Assembly: GCF_006345805.1 (NCBI RefSeq)
Contig: NW_021836209.1
Span: forward strand, 1 to 25,230
DNA: 25,230 nt
Direction of reading: 5' to 3'
Source: Octopus sinensis
Lineage: Eukaryota
Part shown: positions 22,621 to 25,230 of the stretch, one piece after another
How the letters are laid out: each line of letters starts with the position of its first letter
Position numbering within the stretch: the first letter of the stretch is position 1
Translations under genes and position numbers: made by a program
Notes under the pieces: model-generated
The model's input: the letters and a program-made list of their open reading frames with translations, nothing else
The model's database searches: none
What the model was told of the DNA's origin: nothing

Positions 22621-22847
22621 ATAAATTTCTATCGAATTTTTTACTACCCTAAATTGATTAATTGATTATTTTCTGACTAATTCTGAGATTGAATCGGCAG
22701 TTTATATTTGCTGCTGATAAGGTTGGCGCGATTGCGCTGGTCTTCGAAAATTTTAAGACAGATATTCCAGAGGCTTCGATGCAGTAGCCTCGTGTATATT
22801 TGCCTCTACCAAAGGTTTCTTTACTGACGATGCGTGACCTATGGTAG

Positions 22848-23040
22848 ATTAGCTTAATTTAATTTAATTAAGCTGGTCTATCATTAAAAACGCAGAAACG
22901 ATGCATCGTCTAAAAGATGATTAGGGTAAACGTTTTTAATTTTTCACCTATTCCGAATTACATTACTTGGCGGTTGGAGTTATGGCTACTCTGTCTAGTG
23001 GACGAATGGCCTGTTAAGGCCATTCCTAAATGTTATATAT
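22848..23040 (+). repeat. Direct repeat of the MITE interior (22373-22568) without TIRs
   Basis: About 195 bp differing by 2 substitutions and 3 single-base indels. Confidence 0.93.
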
Positions 23041-23052
23041 ATATATAATTAT

Positions 23053-23083
<31 letters not shown>

Positions 23084-23104
23084 TATATATATTATATATA
23101 TATA

Positions 23105-23300
23105 TACACAGTCCTTAAATCGTAGTCTTCGTTTCTGCTGGGGGCTCTTTCCATAAAGAAGTTTAGCATATAGCATCTGTTTAGGGATCCTCTGATCATT
23201 AATCTAAAGAACATGTCCAGTCCATCATTATACTCTGTGCTTTTATAATTTTACAATTTCAACCTCTCTTCTCTGGGCAACATATTTTCCTTTTGATGCT
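23105..23300 (-). mobile_element. Old RTE (BovB-like) LINE C-terminal fragment
   Basis: Minus translation WTGHVL*INDQRIPKQMLYAKLLYGKSPQQKRRLRFKDCV matches the RW.GHV.RM...PKQ.LYG.L..GKR......R.KD motif. Confidence 0.75.
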
Positions 23301-23689
23301 TTTAAAATATGAAAATTACTTTGACAGTCATTGACCAGAACAAGATGAAGATCTCAGTCAGTAAAGGAATTTGTCTGGGGTCATCAAAGTTTGAAGTTAC
23401 TCTTTTTAGTTTTATAAAGTCACTAAAAGTCTTACGTTTTCTCAATTTATAGAAAACTAACACTTTTATAAATGTGTTTATTGCTACGCATTAAATGTTA
23501 AACTAAATTTGCTCCAGCTGGTCTATATAAACAGTAACCTATAGCTTTGAACAGTTTTATTATTTTGTTGTGTATTTACATGGCATATAATGTGTGAATA
23601 GAATTTCTCCCCCAGTTATCCAAGCAAAAAATCAGAAACTTATGTTATCAATTTATTTAGAAGAATTTTGTACAAAGTTTGATACAAAA

Positions 23690-23770
23690 TAATTTTGTTG
23701 TGTCTGGGGAGAGTCATTCTCTTTTAGTGCCTTATTATTTAACACACTCACCGGTAAAATTTCGTTTTGC
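23690..23770 (+). mobile_element. Helitron-associated non-coding fragment
   Basis: tgttgtgtctggggagagtcattctcttttagtgccttattatttaacacactcaccggtaaaatt is the inverted homologue of 18905-18970. Confidence 0.75.
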
Positions 23771-24652
23771 TTTAATAGTAATTATCAATTTCTGAATAAA
23801 GTTTCTTTTTATCTAATTTAAATATCTTGATTATTTTATTTGAAAACAATCAGGTTTGTTCACTTCTATCACAAAAGAATCCAATAAAAAGTGGAGAATA
23901 CTTATGAACCTTCCTTTCCAATTCCACAAAAGTCTGCTCGGTAGAGCTTCCTGTCACATCTTATAATGTACATAAGGGTCTCATGTGTGTTACTTATTTA
24001 ATCTTGGTCTCTGCTGTAAGAACTTGAAATCTAATTTCAAATTAAAATAACAGTGGAGTAATATGAAGGTAAATATTGTAGGGAAGAATTGTACTCTTCC
24101 TTTATCTGAAGTTATTTAAAAAGAGGGAGACACATGCAATTAAAACAACAAATGTTGTGTCATTATTTTATTATCTCAGACTTTTTCAGCACAGCTATTG
24201 TTTAATTATAATTTTTTTGATTTATTTTCATATGTATAATAGTGAAGTTTTATTTTTACTGACGGAAATTGCAGTCATTAGTAACTAACGAAGGTCATAA
24301 AGTAAGAATATAAATTTAAAATATAGTATATTGCACTCAAAACCCCCTGAATTTTTATTCAACCACCACCACTTTGGAGAGGCCTGTCTTAAACCACAAC
24401 AGGACAAAGTGAGATATATCCTTAGATACATCATGTATTATATAGAAATACTATCTCTATAGGATATATAAAGGGAAAAGACATCAATATATATATATAC
24501 CAGGCATTCTACTCTCAGCTAAAAATGAAGGTAGATAACTATCAATATAGCAGAAGATATTAAAGCTGTCTATATAACAATGGGGTTGTTTAGGGAGGGG
24601 ATTAGATATACAACAACAGCAACAACAATAAATGAACATTTCAAAGTTTGTC

Positions 24653-24658
24653 TTTATT
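24653..24658 (-). terminator. Candidate polyadenylation signal of the death-domain gene
   Basis: AATAAA on the minus strand about 240 nt after the stop, followed 25-45 nt later by a GU-rich element (ttgttgttgctgttgttg, 24628-24611). Confidence 0.55.
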
Positions 24659-24699
24659 TTAAATGTGAATTTTTAACAAAGGAGCCAAACCAGTGAAGG

Positions 24700-24888
24700 G
24701 ATCACTATGTGGTTGATATACCTGCTAGAATTAGTAGCTAAATTCACACGATACCACTGTACAGAAGGGCATATTGGACAATGTGGTTGTGGGTTCTCTT
24801 TGGAAATAGGCATGATGGTCCTGGCTGGAATGCGTTTGATCATACGTCTCTGTTTGGTCAAGGTTAATCTGAGGCTAAACAACAACAG
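24700..24888 (+). mobile_element. SINE-like repeat inside the predicted 3' UTR
   Basis: cctgctagaattagtagctaaat...gatggtcctggctggaatgcgtttgatcata...ggctaaacaacaac has homologues at 6560-6740 (inverted) and 17287-17310. Confidence 0.6.
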
Positions 24889-24900
24889 TTACACAGAAAT

Positions 24901-25100
24901 TCACTTTGCGTCTAATGACAGACATTCCATCGCAGCGACACATTCAGCTTCTTCAAGAGCTGCACGTAATGTTGCGTGTGTCCGTGTTTCTGGGTCGCAA
25001 TTCCTGTACCATTCGTAAAGCATCAGGTAGCCTTGTTTTACAGCGTCAATAGACTCATCATCAATTTTCAGTTCAGTTGTATCAACTCCTAAAACAATAG
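24901..25100 (-). CDS. Last exon of a death-domain-containing protein gene (C-terminal part of the death domain)
   Basis: Acceptor tttcttattgttgtgtcttttgcag|CT, phase 1, then (A)IVLGVDTTELKIDDESIDAVKQGYLMLYEWYRNCDPETRTHATLRAALEEAECVAAMECLSLDAK*. The pattern LGV....I.....Q.Y.ML..W.....AT...L..AL matches death-fold helices. Upstream exons lie outside the window. Confidence 0.8.
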
Positions 25101-25230
25101 CTGCAAAAGACACAACAATAAGAAATAAATGCAACATTAACAATATTAACAATAATATAAAAGATGTGTGTTGTTATAAACATAACAAAGAAACTATTTC
25201 AAGAGAGAAATATAAAAAAATAGCTAAGAA

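Noticed and set aside
24673-25018. ORFs 24673-24885(-) and 24707-25018(+)
   Set aside because: They overlap a SINE-like repeat and the antisense strand of the death-domain exon.

Overview
This is AT-rich, repeat-dense animal genomic DNA. The SINE, LINE and microsatellite make-up resembles octopus/cephalopod DNA as I recall it, which is an inference. Most of the ORF track is artefactual translation of microsatellites. Supportable host coding sequence is limited to the last exon of a death-domain protein gene (24901-25100, minus) and a possible minus-strand terminal exon at 44-173, which is phase-compatible with a candidate ATG exon at 12805-12896 beside a CpG-rich region. The rest is largely decayed mobile DNA: a Dong/R4-type LINE and a Tx1-type LINE tail-to-tail in an (AAT)n tract, an ORF1-only (HAL1-like) element, RTE fragments, a Helitron helicase remnant, several MITEs, many tRNA-derived SINEs and a 184-bp tandem SINE array. 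The most notable observations are: (1) the array SINE shares its ~47-nt 3' tail with the Tx1 LINE; (2) the (AAT)n tract acts as a strand-polarised landing pad; (3) a type I hammerhead ribozyme fold lies at 15006-15110; (4) CACTA-ended TIRs precisely bracket a copy of neighbouring DNA; (5) a TCGGGC-N12-GCCCGA palindrome occurs twice near the putative promoter. All alignments and counts were done by eye, and repeat boundaries are approximate.
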